A stretch of DNA of 64,000 nt from an uncultured bacterium (GTDB taxonomy: Bacteria; Spirochaetota; JAHITG01), in NCBI GenBank assembly GCA_965373035.1, contig CBDVEP010000001.1, positions 272 to 64,271 of the forward strand, given 5' to 3'. Of the stretch, positions 50,188-60,986 are shown piece by piece. The stretch's first letter is position 1, and each line of letters starts with the position of its first letter. Made by a program: the position numbers and the translations under genes. The notes below the pieces were generated by a model that ran no database searches, was not told the DNA's origin, and saw only the letters and a program-made list of their open reading frames with translations.

Positions 50188-51321
50188 TTAAATTTTCTTC
50201 TCATATATCCTGTATTTTTTATAAATTTTTCCACCTAAATCCTGATCAAACTTGTTTATTAAATAATTATCTTCAAGATTCCAGCCGAGTTCGCACCATT
50301 CATAGCCTAATTGATAACAGGCTTTTTCAGTTTCATAATATAAAACAGCAATAATACCTTTACCTCGCCATTCTTTTTTTACACCACCGATTAATGAACG
50401 AATACCTTTTATTTTACGCTTATAATATAAATATTTAAGTATTCCCAGTATTCCTAATTTGCCATTTAAATGTTTCAAAACCTGATTTATATCAGGCACT
50501 GTAATAGCAACACCTATTGGTTCTCCATTAACTTCAGCAATTACACAAAGTTCAGGGTCAACAAACGGTTTCATTTCTTTAGCTGCTAAATTAAGTTCTT
50601 CTTCAGTCATTGGCACAAATCCCCAGTTTTTCTCCCATGCTGTATTGTATATATCTTTTAATATCTGCATGTCCCGGTTAAAATATTTCATTTCAAAAGG
50701 TCTTACTTTTACGCCTGTTCTTTTTTTAATAATGTTAACCATTCTCTCTATTCTTTCGGGTATGCCGTCTTTTGCATATTTTATTAATGCATACAAATCC
50801 TTTGCTTTTCTAAATCCACTTTTTTCCATTAAATCAAGATAATATTTATGTGTATATGGCATCACAATAGTAGGATCATAATTAAAACCTTCTAATAAAA
50901 AGGCACACTCATCATTTATACTTGGATTAAATGGTCCCATTATTAAATTAAAACCTCTTTTTATGTTCCATTCAATAGCAGCATCTAATAATTTTTTTGT
51001 TGCTTTTAAATCATTAATAGATTCAAAGAAACCAAAAAACCCAGTCTTTGTTTGATGAAGTTTATTATAAGTATAATTATCTATTGCAGCAATTCTGCCA
51101 ACAACTTTATTATTTTTTACTGCCAGAAATAAATCTCTTCCAGCATGTTTCCAGAAGGGGTTCTTTTTAATGTTAAGCAGATGTCTGATTTCATTTTTAA
51201 GGTGTGGTACCCAGTGAGGATTATCTTTATAAAGTTTGTAAGGTAATTTTATGAATTCTTTTAAATCTTTGTTTGATTCAACTTTTCTAATAACTACATT
51301 TCCTGAATTTTTCATTCTCAC
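50188..51321 (-). CDS. Hypothetical protein, possible GNAT/FemAB-like acyltransferase fold
   Basis: ~377 aa with no firm motif. Family call tentative. Confidence 0.25.
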   Translation of the reverse strand: MRMKNSGNVVIRKVESNKDLKEFIKLPYKLYKDNPHWVPHLKNEIRHLLNIKKNPFWKHAGRDLFLAVKNNKVVGRIAAIDNYTYNKLHQTKTGFFGFFESINDLKATKKLLDAAIEWNIKRGFNLIMGPFNPSINDECAFLLEGFNYDPTIVMPYTHKYYLDLMEKSGFRKAKDLYALIKYAKDGIPERIERMVNIIKKRTGVKVRPFEMKYFNRDMQILKDIYNTAWEKNWGFVPMTEEELNLAAKEMKPFVDPELCVIAEVNGEPIGVAITVPDINQVLKHLNGKLGILGILKYLYYKRKIKGIRSLIGGVKKEWRGKGIIAVLYYETEKACYQLGYEWCELGWNLEDNYLINKFDQDLGGKIYKKYRIYEKKI

Positions 51322-51403
51322 ACCTCCTCGTAATTTTTTATTTTTACATCTTTTGAAAATTAATTTTTAGTATATTAATTTTTTTTTAATAATGACTTCT
51401 CTT

Positions 51404-52132
51404 TTATTTCCCAAATCTTCTCTTTCTTTTCTGATAATCTTTTATTGATTTAATCAATTCTTTCTCGTTAAAATCAGGCCATAATGTTTTTGTAAAATAC
51501 CATTCAGAATAAGCTGACTCCCATAATAAAAAATTACTTGTTCTTATTTCTCCACTTGTTCTAATGATTAAATTTGGTTCTGGTATTTCAGAATGATAAA
51601 GAAATTGGTTGAATGATTTTTCATTTAATTTTTTAATAGTAAATTCTTTTTTTTTAATAGTTTTATACATCTTTTTAACAGCATCAATAATTTCAGATCT
51701 TCCGCCATAATTAAAACACACATTAAAAATAAATTCATCATTATTTTTTGTTTTTTTAACAGTGTTTATAATTGCTGTTTTTATTGGAGAAGGAATCTTG
51801 CTCCATCTTCCACTATGTACTATTTTTATTTTATTTTTTTGAAATAATTTTAAATTTATTTTAAAATGTTCCAATAATAAATTCATTAAAAAATTTACTT
51901 CTTTTATAGAGCGTTTCCAGTTCTCTGTTGAAAAAACATAAACTGATAAAATTTTTATTCCTGTTTTCTTAAAAAATTTTATAATTTTGCCCAGATTCTC
52001 AGCCCCGGCTTTGTGCCCTTCCATTGGTGGTAGTCCTCTTTTTTTCGCCCACCTTCTATTCCCATCAAGTATTATACCAATATGTGCAGGTATGTTGTTT
52101 TCATCAATTGAAATATTAAAATAATTTTTCAT
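51404..52132 (-). CDS. uppS: Isoprenyl transferase (undecaprenyl-diphosphate synthase)
   Basis: HIGIILDGNRRWAK.. and ..SVYVFSTENW.. cis-prenyltransferase motifs. Confidence 0.85.
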   Translation of the reverse strand: MKNYFNISIDENNIPAHIGIILDGNRRWAKKRGLPPMEGHKAGAENLGKIIKFFKKTGIKILSVYVFSTENWKRSIKEVNFLMNLLLEHFKINLKLFQKNKIKIVHSGRWSKIPSPIKTAIINTVKKTKNNDEFIFNVCFNYGGRSEIIDAVKKMYKTIKKKEFTIKKLNEKSFNQFLYHSEIPEPNLIIRTSGEIRTSNFLLWESAYSEWYFTKTLWPDFNEKELIKSIKDYQKRKRRFGK

Positions 52133-52239
52133 TATTATCCTTTTTTAAAAATAAAATAATTTAATTTTTATCATTACTGTATATCTCATGATTATTTCCT
52201 TATTAAAATTAGGGTAGTATCAATCCAATAAATCATTTT

Positions 52240-53235
52240 TCACCATTTTAAAATCACAGAACCCCAGGTATAACCACCGCCAAATCCTATTAAGGCAATT
52301 ATATCACCTTTTTTTATTCTTCCTTCATTTAAAGCTTCATATAAAGCAATAGGAATTGAAGCAGATGATGTATTTCCATATCTATCAAGATTTAAATAAA
52401 ATTTTTCCATTGGAATATTTGATTTTTTAGCATTTGATTCTATAATTCTATAATTTGCCTGATGTGGGATAATTAAATCAACATCTTCTAATTTAATGTC
52501 AGCTTGTTTTATGCCATTGAGTAAAGCCTCTTTAAAAGCCCATATAGAAAACTTAAAAACTTCTTTGCCGTTCATTTGTAAATAATGTTGTTTGTTTTTT
52601 ATTGTATTTTCAGAGGCAGGCAGTTTACTTCCGCCTGCAGGAATATTCAAATATTCAACACCATACCCATCAGCTTTTATATATGATGATAAAATTTGGT
52701 TATAATTATTTGACTTTGTTAATAAAACTGCACTGGCACCATCACCAAATAATATACAGGTAGAACGATTTTCCCAATTTGCAAATTTACTCATGATTTC
52801 AGTGCTTATAATTAATACATTTTTATATTTCTCATTTTTTATAAACTGCTCTGCAATTGTAAATGCGTATATAAATCCAGTACAGGCTGCTGATATATCA
52901 AAAGCAGGTATATTTTTAGCTCCAATATTATGTTGAATTTTACACGCAGTTGATGGTAAAATCCTATCCGGTGTTAAAGTTGATACAACCATTAAATCAA
53001 TTTCATCAGGCTCTATATTTGATTTCTTTAATAACTTTTTAGCTGCTTTAGTGCCTAAATCAGATGCACTCTCGTTACTATCTGCAATTCTTCTTTCTTT
53101 TATGCCCGTCCTTTGCATAATCCATTCGTCAGAAGTATCAACCATTTTTTCTAAATCAAAGTTTGTAAGTCTTTTCTCTGGTAAATAAATCTCAATTCCT
53201 GCTATTTGACTGTTCATTTTCCTCCTTTTTTCCAT
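52240..53235 (-). CDS. fabH: 3-oxoacyl-ACP synthase III
   Basis: Active-site Cys region (..ISAACTGF..), His/Asn catalytic region, C-terminal ..GFGGGYTWGSVILKW. Confidence 0.85.
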   Translation of the reverse strand: MEKRRKMNSQIAGIEIYLPEKRLTNFDLEKMVDTSDEWIMQRTGIKERRIADSNESASDLGTKAAKKLLKKSNIEPDEIDLMVVSTLTPDRILPSTACKIQHNIGAKNIPAFDISAACTGFIYAFTIAEQFIKNEKYKNVLIISTEIMSKFANWENRSTCILFGDGASAVLLTKSNNYNQILSSYIKADGYGVEYLNIPAGGSKLPASENTIKNKQHYLQMNGKEVFKFSIWAFKEALLNGIKQADIKLEDVDLIIPHQANYRIIESNAKKSNIPMEKFYLNLDRYGNTSSASIPIALYEALNEGRIKKGDIIALIGFGGGYTWGSVILKW

Positions 53236-53251
53236 AACGGCTAAAGAATTA

Positions 53252-54643
53252 TTAAAAAAACAACTTGAATTTTAAATATATCTGGTCATCATCTTTTAAT
53301 TTGCCAAAGAATGTTTCATCAGACCCTTCAATTGCCATACAGCCAAGAGTTAATTCTGTGCTGTCTGCCGGGTAGTATGTGATTTCTGGTCCCCACATAT
53401 TGCCTGATTTCTTTTTTACATCTTTAAATTTTTTTGCTTTATTTAAATCCTTTACTCCTATTGCTCCATTTAATCCTAGTTTTAATTTTTCCTGAAAAAA
53501 TTTCATCTCTATTCTTGCAATTATATAATCCTGTGATTTCTCCTGATGATAACCCCGTTCAACAAAAAAACCATGGATGAACTGTGAATTAATGTAAATC
53601 CCGTTTTTAAATGTATAGTCAAATCCTATTGTGTATTTAAAATATGGTTCTTTATCGAGCACTGTATTTGTGTTAAAAGAAGTTGCAGTAGGCATTTCAG
53701 TTGTTGTTATAATTTTAACTTCCTTTGGTATAAAGCAGGCTGCTTCTGCCCATACTCCGATTTTAAATAATTCACCTGCTGTATCAAGACCTATTACCTG
53801 CATTTCAGGGAACTTCATTTTATAATTTGCCTTAACATCTCCAGTTGTAATTCCTGTGGCATCAATATACATTTTTTTAACTATTGGCAAATCATCATAG
53901 CCCTTGAAATAGCTCATTGAAAGATCAAAATTAAATAATTTACCTGAAAGTTTTATACCAAACATTGAATTTCCTGCTTTTTTTTCAGGCATCTCAATAA
54001 GCCCTGAAATATCCGGACTGACTCCCAACTGTTGACTAATACCTGTTTTTAAGCCATGGGTTAACATTTCCGGGTAATTAAATTCATTGTCAGAAAATCT
54101 TGATGAAGTAAAATAAGGAATCCAGATTCCCTGTAAGGATATTTCTTTTGGAAAATAGTATGTTGCCTTTATTGCAATTGTAGGTATCTTTTCACCAAAA
54201 TTAAAAATATCTGTTAAATCATCAGGATTTAAATTATCAGTTGGATTTAATTTGTCAGCAGTTCCCCATGCAATTCTTTGTTTCCCGGCTCTTAAATCAA
54301 GCTTATCAAAAAGAAAGCCATAATAATCAATATAAGCTTCCTTTAATTGTAATTCAATTGGTTCTACATTTATACGATTATTTAAATCCTGCGGGGTACT
54401 AACATCAGAAAAATTTTGATACCGAAAATTTAAAGAAGCAAATCCTGCAAGATTATCAGATACGTCTGCTTGATATTTCAACAATAAATTTTCTTCATTA
54501 TACAAGTAATTTCCTTTTTTTATTTTGGCTCTTATATCTGATTTTATCTCACCTTCAAAAGAAGTATCTGCTGAAAGAAAAATTGGCAAGAATAAAAATA
54601 TTATCAATACTATTAAGAACTTCTTCATTATAAGTACCTCCAC
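53252..54643 (-). CDS. Outer-membrane beta-barrel protein (DUF1302-like partner of MMPL exporters)
   Basis: Signal peptide, strand-rich sequence, C-terminal ..KFKLFF. Confidence 0.45.
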   Translation of the reverse strand: MEVLIMKKFLIVLIIFLFLPIFLSADTSFEGEIKSDIRAKIKKGNYLYNEENLLLKYQADVSDNLAGFASLNFRYQNFSDVSTPQDLNNRINVEPIELQLKEAYIDYYGFLFDKLDLRAGKQRIAWGTADKLNPTDNLNPDDLTDIFNFGEKIPTIAIKATYYFPKEISLQGIWIPYFTSSRFSDNEFNYPEMLTHGLKTGISQQLGVSPDISGLIEMPEKKAGNSMFGIKLSGKLFNFDLSMSYFKGYDDLPIVKKMYIDATGITTGDVKANYKMKFPEMQVIGLDTAGELFKIGVWAEAACFIPKEVKIITTTEMPTATSFNTNTVLDKEPYFKYTIGFDYTFKNGIYINSQFIHGFFVERGYHQEKSQDYIIARIEMKFFQEKLKLGLNGAIGVKDLNKAKKFKDVKKKSGNMWGPEITYYPADSTELTLGCMAIEGSDETFFGKLKDDDQIYLKFKLFF

Positions 54644-54665
54644 TTTTCTTTAGATATATATATTT

Positions 54666-55457
54666 TTATCTGCTTAAGTAACGTTTTGTGAATTTGCTGT
54701 TAGACAGTCCGGAATCAAACTTTACATCTTCAATAATCATTTTTGTCTTATGTTTTGCTTTCAGGTTATTCATTTCCGATTCTTTTGATATCCAGTATCC
54801 TTTAACTTTCTCTATTTTTTTTCTAATCATTATTTTATAGAGTTTTCCACCTTTATTATAATGTTCAATTTTAACAGGATAAAAATTGTCAGTTCTTACT
54901 TTCATAATTAATTTTGAATAATCTGTTTTTATTCCCTTCCGTGGATTAAGTTGAAGGATATAATAATTTTTTTCTTTTTTAAGTAACTTTGGAATATATT
55001 TTTCTAAATATCTTTTTGCTTCCATATCATCATAGGAAAAGTCAGTCCCTGCAAATTTAGTATTTTTTACATGAGAAGCAATTCGTCTTACTTTTTTAAA
55101 AGCAGGCAGATAAAGATACATAATATCGTTTGGCAGTGAAAGAAAAGCAATACCTTTTTGATTAGCCGGTGAAAGAAATTTTACCATTCTTTTTTCACTG
55201 CCTTTCTGAAGCATACTCATCTTTCGAATTTTTTCTTTTCCTTTTTTGTCAGTCAGGACAAGTTTTATTTTTAAATTCTGATCCTTGGGAGCATTAATAA
55301 CATCGTCAGCCTTATTAAGAATTTGCGAAGCTGTAATTTTTTTCTCCTCTGCCTGAACCTGAGAAACAAATATTATTATTAGTAATGATAAAAAAGTAAA
55401 TAACATAAATTTTTTCATTTTAATTTCCTCCTCTTTTAGATTAAAAAATTTTATCAT
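54666..55457 (-). CDS. LolA-like outer-membrane lipoprotein-sorting/carrier protein
   Basis: Signal peptide, LolA-like size and composition. Conserved position between the RND/MMPL exporter and the beta-barrel. Confidence 0.45.
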   Translation of the reverse strand: MIKFFNLKEEEIKMKKFMLFTFLSLLIIIFVSQVQAEEKKITASQILNKADDVINAPKDQNLKIKLVLTDKKGKEKIRKMSMLQKGSEKRMVKFLSPANQKGIAFLSLPNDIMYLYLPAFKKVRRIASHVKNTKFAGTDFSYDDMEAKRYLEKYIPKLLKKEKNYYILQLNPRKGIKTDYSKLIMKVRTDNFYPVKIEHYNKGGKLYKIMIRKKIEKVKGYWISKESEMNNLKAKHKTKMIIEDVKFDSGLSNSKFTKRYLSR

Positions 55458-55462
55458 TCAAT

Positions 55463-57769
55463 TCATGACTTATTTTTTTTCATGAAATGATTTTTTGACA
55501 TATTTATAAATCTTTGAAAATCACCAATAAAACCGGCTTTTGTTGCAAGGATTATTGATGGTAATAATGTGATAGCACTAACTCCTGAACCAATCATAGT
55601 GATAGCAACCAGAATACCAAATCGTCTTAATGGAATTAAATTAGCTAAAAGAAGCACTAAAAATCCCAGCATTACAGTTATTACGTTGATTAGTATTGCC
55701 TTGCCACTTGTTTCAAGTGTCCTGTCCAGTGCTTCAAGCTCGGTTTTATCTTTTTTAAATTCCTTACGGAACCGGCTTACAAAATGAATTGAATAGTCTA
55801 TTCCAATACCAATTGAAATACTTCCTACCAGTACAGTGGCAATATCCAAAGGAATTCCTGAGAAACCCATAAAACCAAAAACAACTATAAGCGTGAATAC
55901 AATTGGAACTAGTCCTATTAATCCGCCAATAAATGAATGAAGTAGAAATACAAGGCAAATAAATACCAAAATAATAGCAATAATTAAACTCTGGATTTGA
56001 CTTTGCAGCATACTATCATCTAAATGCTGATAAATAGATGGCATTCCTGTTTGAGTAAAGGTAAATGAAGATGATTTAGTTCGATTAATATATCGCTCAA
56101 TATTTTTTACTAAACTTCGCATTCGTTTTGTATTAACACTGGCAATAGTTGCTTGAATAATTGCCTCAGTTTTATCATCATTAACCAGTTGGCTCATAAC
56201 CTCTTCTCCTTCCAAAAGAAACCAGAGATTGCATACCTTGTCTTTACTATCCGGAATAACTTTCCCTTCACCCATTACATCAGACATTTCTTCGATAAGG
56301 TCAGCAACGGACTGAGAATTTTTAACATCATCAAGGGATTCTAAAAAATCTTCCATTTTTTTCATTTCTGTAAGAACAGCAGGATCCTGGATATCTCCTT
56401 TTACTAAAATTTGAATGGGAATAGACCCGCCAAATTTATTCTGCATTATTTTTTCAGTTAATCTGATACTACTTCCATGTTGAAAATAATCCAGCATATC
56501 TACTTTTCGCTGTATTTTTGGTATCCCCAGAACACTAATAATAACAATAACAATCCCGGCAGCAATAATCTTTTTTTCATTTTTTAAAACCCATTCACCA
56601 ATCTTATCCATGAATCGAGTAATCCCATCTTTCTTTTTAATATTATCATTCAAGTATGCAGTCTTATTTTTAAGGGATAATAATGATAAAACAGAAGGAA
56701 CAAAAGTAATTGAAATAAGTAACGAAAACAGAACTCCTAATCCGGCAAATATTCCAAATTCTTGGATCATGCTTAAATAAGAGCCAAAAACAAAAGCCAT
56801 GAACCCTGCTGTTGTAGTTACTGCTGCAAGTATTACAGGGATTCCAATTTCTTTTAAAGCTCTTTTTGAATGGTTTAATTTATCTTCATCTATATCTGAT
56901 TCTTCATTAAACTTGCTAATTACATGTATGCTGTAAGCACTTCCAACAGCAATAAGAATTACCGGGATAATATTTGAGATAACAGTAAGTGGAATTTTTA
57001 AAACACTCATTATCCCCAGTGTCCAAATTGTACTAATTAGTACAGAAAGGATAGGGAGGAGAACTCCTCTTAAAGTACGAAAGCTTAAAAAAAGTGATAT
57101 AAAAATTAAGAGGAGAATAAATGGAATTAGTACCCTCATATCATTCAGGATAATATCGCTGATATCTATCATCTGAAAAGGTATTCCGCCAAAATACACT
57201 TTTTCCTTTAAATTTGCCTTTTTAATTATTTCTTTTAACTGCTTTGCTGTTTCTATCTTATCAATTTCTACATTTAAACGGCAAATAATAAGTGTTGCTT
57301 TTGCATCATCTGAAATAAGACGACCTCGATACATATCCTTTGAAAGAGTATATTTTTTAAGTTTTTGAAGTTCTTTAGCTGTCTTTGGTAAAGCATATTC
57401 ATTAATAAGACGCCCGATTTCTATTCCATCCTCTCCTTTTTTAATATCAAGAACATTAGCAAGACTTGTAACATAGGAAACTCCATCAAGAAGTTTAAAT
57501 TGTGAAGTTAAATAATTCAATTGTTCAATTGTCTCTTTATTAAAAATATCATCTGTTTCAAGAGCAACCATTGCTAAAGAATTTCCGCCGTATTCTTCTC
57601 CTATGTAATTAAATAGTTTTACAACTGGATCGCTTTTAGGCAAATAACTTGTTATATCTGCATTGATTGTTAAATCCTTCAGGCAATACCCTAAAACTAA
57701 AGTAATAAAAACAGTAGTGAAAATAACTATTTTGCGGTGTTTAATCACTAATTCAGAAAACTTTTTCAT
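55463..57769 (-). CDS. MMPL/RND-superfamily exporter (COG1033-type, 12 TM with two large periplasmic loops)
   Basis: Two 6-TM bundles each followed by a soluble domain. 768 aa. Confidence 0.7.
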   Translation of the reverse strand: MKKFSELVIKHRKIVIFTTVFITLVLGYCLKDLTINADITSYLPKSDPVVKLFNYIGEEYGGNSLAMVALETDDIFNKETIEQLNYLTSQFKLLDGVSYVTSLANVLDIKKGEDGIEIGRLINEYALPKTAKELQKLKKYTLSKDMYRGRLISDDAKATLIICRLNVEIDKIETAKQLKEIIKKANLKEKVYFGGIPFQMIDISDIILNDMRVLIPFILLLIFISLFLSFRTLRGVLLPILSVLISTIWTLGIMSVLKIPLTVISNIIPVILIAVGSAYSIHVISKFNEESDIDEDKLNHSKRALKEIGIPVILAAVTTTAGFMAFVFGSYLSMIQEFGIFAGLGVLFSLLISITFVPSVLSLLSLKNKTAYLNDNIKKKDGITRFMDKIGEWVLKNEKKIIAAGIVIVIISVLGIPKIQRKVDMLDYFQHGSSIRLTEKIMQNKFGGSIPIQILVKGDIQDPAVLTEMKKMEDFLESLDDVKNSQSVADLIEEMSDVMGEGKVIPDSKDKVCNLWFLLEGEEVMSQLVNDDKTEAIIQATIASVNTKRMRSLVKNIERYINRTKSSSFTFTQTGMPSIYQHLDDSMLQSQIQSLIIAIILVFICLVFLLHSFIGGLIGLVPIVFTLIVVFGFMGFSGIPLDIATVLVGSISIGIGIDYSIHFVSRFRKEFKKDKTELEALDRTLETSGKAILINVITVMLGFLVLLLANLIPLRRFGILVAITMIGSGVSAITLLPSIILATKAGFIGDFQRFINMSKNHFMKKNKS

Positions 57770-57837
57770 ATAATAAATCCTCCTCTTTGTAATTATAGAC
57801 TAATCAGGTTTTTTAGTCGGTTTATAGACAAAAAAAA

Positions 57838-58422
57838 TTATTGTTTAATTATCCCATTAAAAAGAAGATCTAACAGCTTATCAATGCTTTCTTCAATTTT
57901 TAAGGAATCATTTTCTATTGCCCAGGGATACTCTAACCCTTTTAATGCCATAATGATAGTAAATGCTGTTAACTCTAAATCCTGGACAATAAAAATATTC
58001 TGATCAATTCCTCCTTTTAATATCGTTTTAATTATTTTAATCTCATCTTCAAAATGCTTTTTCCTTACTTTTTCAATAAAACTGTAATATTCAAGATACT
58101 CCTCTTTAAGTGCACTGTAGAAATTTGCTAAACGGTGAAGAACTGTCATTCTTGTTATAATACAAGCACGCAATTTTTTCTGGGGAGTATCTTCCTGATT
58201 GATAGCTTTTATGATTTCTTCTTTTAATACACAACTTTCTTTTTCTACTATTGTTTGAAAAATTTCTTCCTTACTTTTGAAATAGTGATATATTGAACTC
58301 TTTGCTTTATGAGCTGCCTTTGCTATTTCATCCATAGTGGTTTTATTAAAACCAAATCGAGCAAAGATACCCTGCGCTGCTTTTATAATAATTTCTCCAA
58401 CATTTTTTTGTGATTTTTCCAT
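57838..58422 (-). CDS. TetR-family transcriptional regulator
   Basis: N-terminal HTH ..FARFGFNKTTMDEIAKAAHKAKSSIYHYF... Confidence 0.8.
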   Translation of the reverse strand: MEKSQKNVGEIIIKAAQGIFARFGFNKTTMDEIAKAAHKAKSSIYHYFKSKEEIFQTIVEKESCVLKEEIIKAINQEDTPQKKLRACIITRMTVLHRLANFYSALKEEYLEYYSFIEKVRKKHFEDEIKIIKTILKGGIDQNIFIVQDLELTAFTIIMALKGLEYPWAIENDSLKIEESIDKLLDLLFNGIIKQ

Positions 58423-58656
58423 ATTTTTATCCTTATATTATATTTCGATTTATCGACTAAATTAGTCTTATGGTCTATAATATAATCCCTTTTTATTATT
58501 GTGTCAAGCTTTTTTTTAATTACTTTTATGATGGAATTAAAATTGACAATAAAAAATTTTATATTATATTTCAGTATTGGATTAAATATTATAAAATTTG
58601 TATGTAGGATTGCTTAAAAAATTTATTTACGAATTGTAGGATTAGGTTGTTGAATT

Positions 58657-60915
58657 ATGGTTAAAGATCATGTCCAATTATTATGTAATATATGTAACAT
58701 TGGTGAACTAAATCAGATATTCAGTGAAAGTACAGATATAAAAACCATCTTTCAAAAAATTATTAATTTAGTTGTAAAAAATTTAAAAGTAGATGTTTGT
58801 TCCATTTATATATATGATGAAAACACAAATGAACTTACATTAAAAGCTACAAAGGGATTAAATTCAAAATCAGTGGGAAAAGTTAAACTTAAATTAGGTG
58901 ATGGTATAGCTGGTTATTCTTTAAAAGAAAGAAGAGTAATTATTGAAAAAATCGGGAAGAATAATCCTCACTTCAAAGCAATTTCCGGTATAAATGAAGA
59001 ATTTTATGAATCTTTCTTAGCTATCCCTATTTTACGTGGAATTTCAAGGATAGGAGTTTTAATGCTGCAGCGTGATAAAAAAAATTATTTTAAAACAAGA
59101 GATATTATGGTTTTAAAAGCTGTAGCTTCCCAGCTTGCTAATCTTATAGAAAATACTGAAATGATTATATCATTGCATAAAAAAAATAAGCAAAAGGAAA
59201 TCAATGAAATAATACCTGAAAAAAAATTTATAAAAGGAAAGCCGGCTTCTGAGGGTTATGCTTATTCTAATATAATTATTCCAGACAAAGTAAGAGCTAT
59301 ACACTTCCTTGAACAAAAAAAATATAATAAATATACATTAAAAAATTTTAATAATGCTGTTAGGTCAACTGAAATTCAATTAGAAAATTTACAAAAACAA
59401 GTAGAAGAAAAATTATCTGATGCAGCTTCTCTTATTTTTACTGCTCACCTTTTAATACTGAAAGATAAAGAATTTACTAAAGCCATGACTAAACTAATCC
59501 AGCAGGATGTTAATCCTCCTCAGGCTATATTACAGATAGGAAGAAAGTATGTGAATATTTTCTCAGAGAGTTCTAATCCATATATACAGGAAAAAGTTCA
59601 GGATATAGAAGATCTTATCATTCGCTTGATGGGAAACCTTACTAAAGATATTTGCCAGTGGAGTAATGTGGAAAATCATATTATTATTGCAAAGGACCTT
59701 TTTCCATCAGACATTTTAAAACTCACTGCTGAAAAAGCCAGTGGAATTATTTTAATAAGTGGGGGAGTTACTTCCCATCTTTCTATTCTGGCACGTTCTC
59801 TTCAGATACCACTTATTATTATTGATGAGCTGTTTCTTTTAAAAATATCTGCAAATACAAAGATACTGATGGATGCAGACCTTGGTAATATTTACTTAAA
59901 TCCTTCCTCTGATATTATAGAAACATTTAAAAAAAGAAATAAAGCTCGTATCAGTCTTAAGCAGCAAAAACGTTTTGTTAAAAAAATAACCAGGACTAAG
60001 GATAATATTCGTGTGAAGTTAATGGCAAATATTAATCTTTTAAGTGATTTAAAAACAGCCTGTGAACTTCATTTAGAAGGGATTGGACTATATCGTACTG
60101 AGTTTCCTTTTTTAATACGAAGGGATTTTCCATCAGAAGAAGAGCAGTTGGTTATTTATAAAAAATTAATAGAAGGAATGCCTGGAAAGGAGATTACTTT
60201 TAGAACACTGGATATTGGCGGGGATAAAGTTCTCTCTTATTATCAAAATGCAAGTGAAAAAAATCCTTTCCTGGGAATGAGATCTATTCGATTTTCCCTG
60301 CAGAATAAAGAAATCTTTAAACAGCAGATCAGGGCAATGCTTCGAGCAGATGAGAAAGCTAAAATTAAAATCATGTTCCCTATGATTTCTTCTCTTGAAG
60401 AATTTTTAGAGGCTAAAAATATTGTTTTCAGTTGTATAGAATCTTTAAAAAAAGAAAAATTAGCTCATAATGATAAACCAAAAATAGGTATGATGGTGGA
60501 ACTTCCTTCTGTAGTAGAAATCATTGATGATTTTGCCAGGGAATCTGAATTTTTTTCTATAGGGACCAATGATTTTATTCAATATATGCTTGCTGTTGAC
60601 AGGACAAACGAAAAGGTAGCTTCACTTTATTTACCTTATCATCCTTCAGTATTAAGAGCAATTAAAAAAATAGTTGATTCTGCCTTAAAACATAAGATTG
60701 AAATTTCTGTCTGTGGTGATATGGCGCATCAAGAAAAATATATACCCTTTTTATTGGGTATTGGTATCAGAATGTTAAGTTTGGATCCTATTTATTTCCC
60801 TAAAATTCAAAAATTCATTTCTCAAATTAATTTAAAAAATGCAGAAAACCTTTCCCAGTCTATTTTAAAACAAAGTAAAATGGAAGAAATTATTTATCTT
60901 TTAAACACTTTTTAA
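58657..60915 (+). CDS. ptsP: Phosphoenolpyruvate-protein phosphotransferase with N-terminal GAF domain (PtsP / EI-Ntr)
   Basis: N-terminal GAF (~170 aa), PEP-utilising enzyme mobile domain (..GGVTSHLSILARS..), C-terminal PEP-binding TIM barrel (..ISVCGDMA..). Confidence 0.8.
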   Translation: MVKDHVQLLCNICNIGELNQIFSESTDIKTIFQKIINLVVKNLKVDVCSIYIYDENTNELTLKATKGLNSKSVGKVKLKLGDGIAGYSLKERRVIIEKIGKNNPHFKAISGINEEFYESFLAIPILRGISRIGVLMLQRDKKNYFKTRDIMVLKAVASQLANLIENTEMIISLHKKNKQKEINEIIPEKKFIKGKPASEGYAYSNIIIPDKVRAIHFLEQKKYNKYTLKNFNNAVRSTEIQLENLQKQVEEKLSDAASLIFTAHLLILKDKEFTKAMTKLIQQDVNPPQAILQIGRKYVNIFSESSNPYIQEKVQDIEDLIIRLMGNLTKDICQWSNVENHIIIAKDLFPSDILKLTAEKASGIILISGGVTSHLSILARSLQIPLIIIDELFLLKISANTKILMDADLGNIYLNPSSDIIETFKKRNKARISLKQQKRFVKKITRTKDNIRVKLMANINLLSDLKTACELHLEGIGLYRTEFPFLIRRDFPSEEEQLVIYKKLIEGMPGKEITFRTLDIGGDKVLSYYQNASEKNPFLGMRSIRFSLQNKEIFKQQIRAMLRADEKAKIKIMFPMISSLEEFLEAKNIVFSCIESLKKEKLAHNDKPKIGMMVELPSVVEIIDDFARESEFFSIGTNDFIQYMLAVDRTNEKVASLYLPYHPSVLRAIKKIVDSALKHKIEISVCGDMAHQEKYIPFLLGIGIRMLSLDPIYFPKIQKFISQINLKNAENLSQSILKQSKMEEIIYLLNTF

Positions 60916-60986
60916 AAATGATTGCTATTATAAAAATTAAAAATATAACCAAAAAAATTATGATATTTATGAAAAAAACAATAAAC

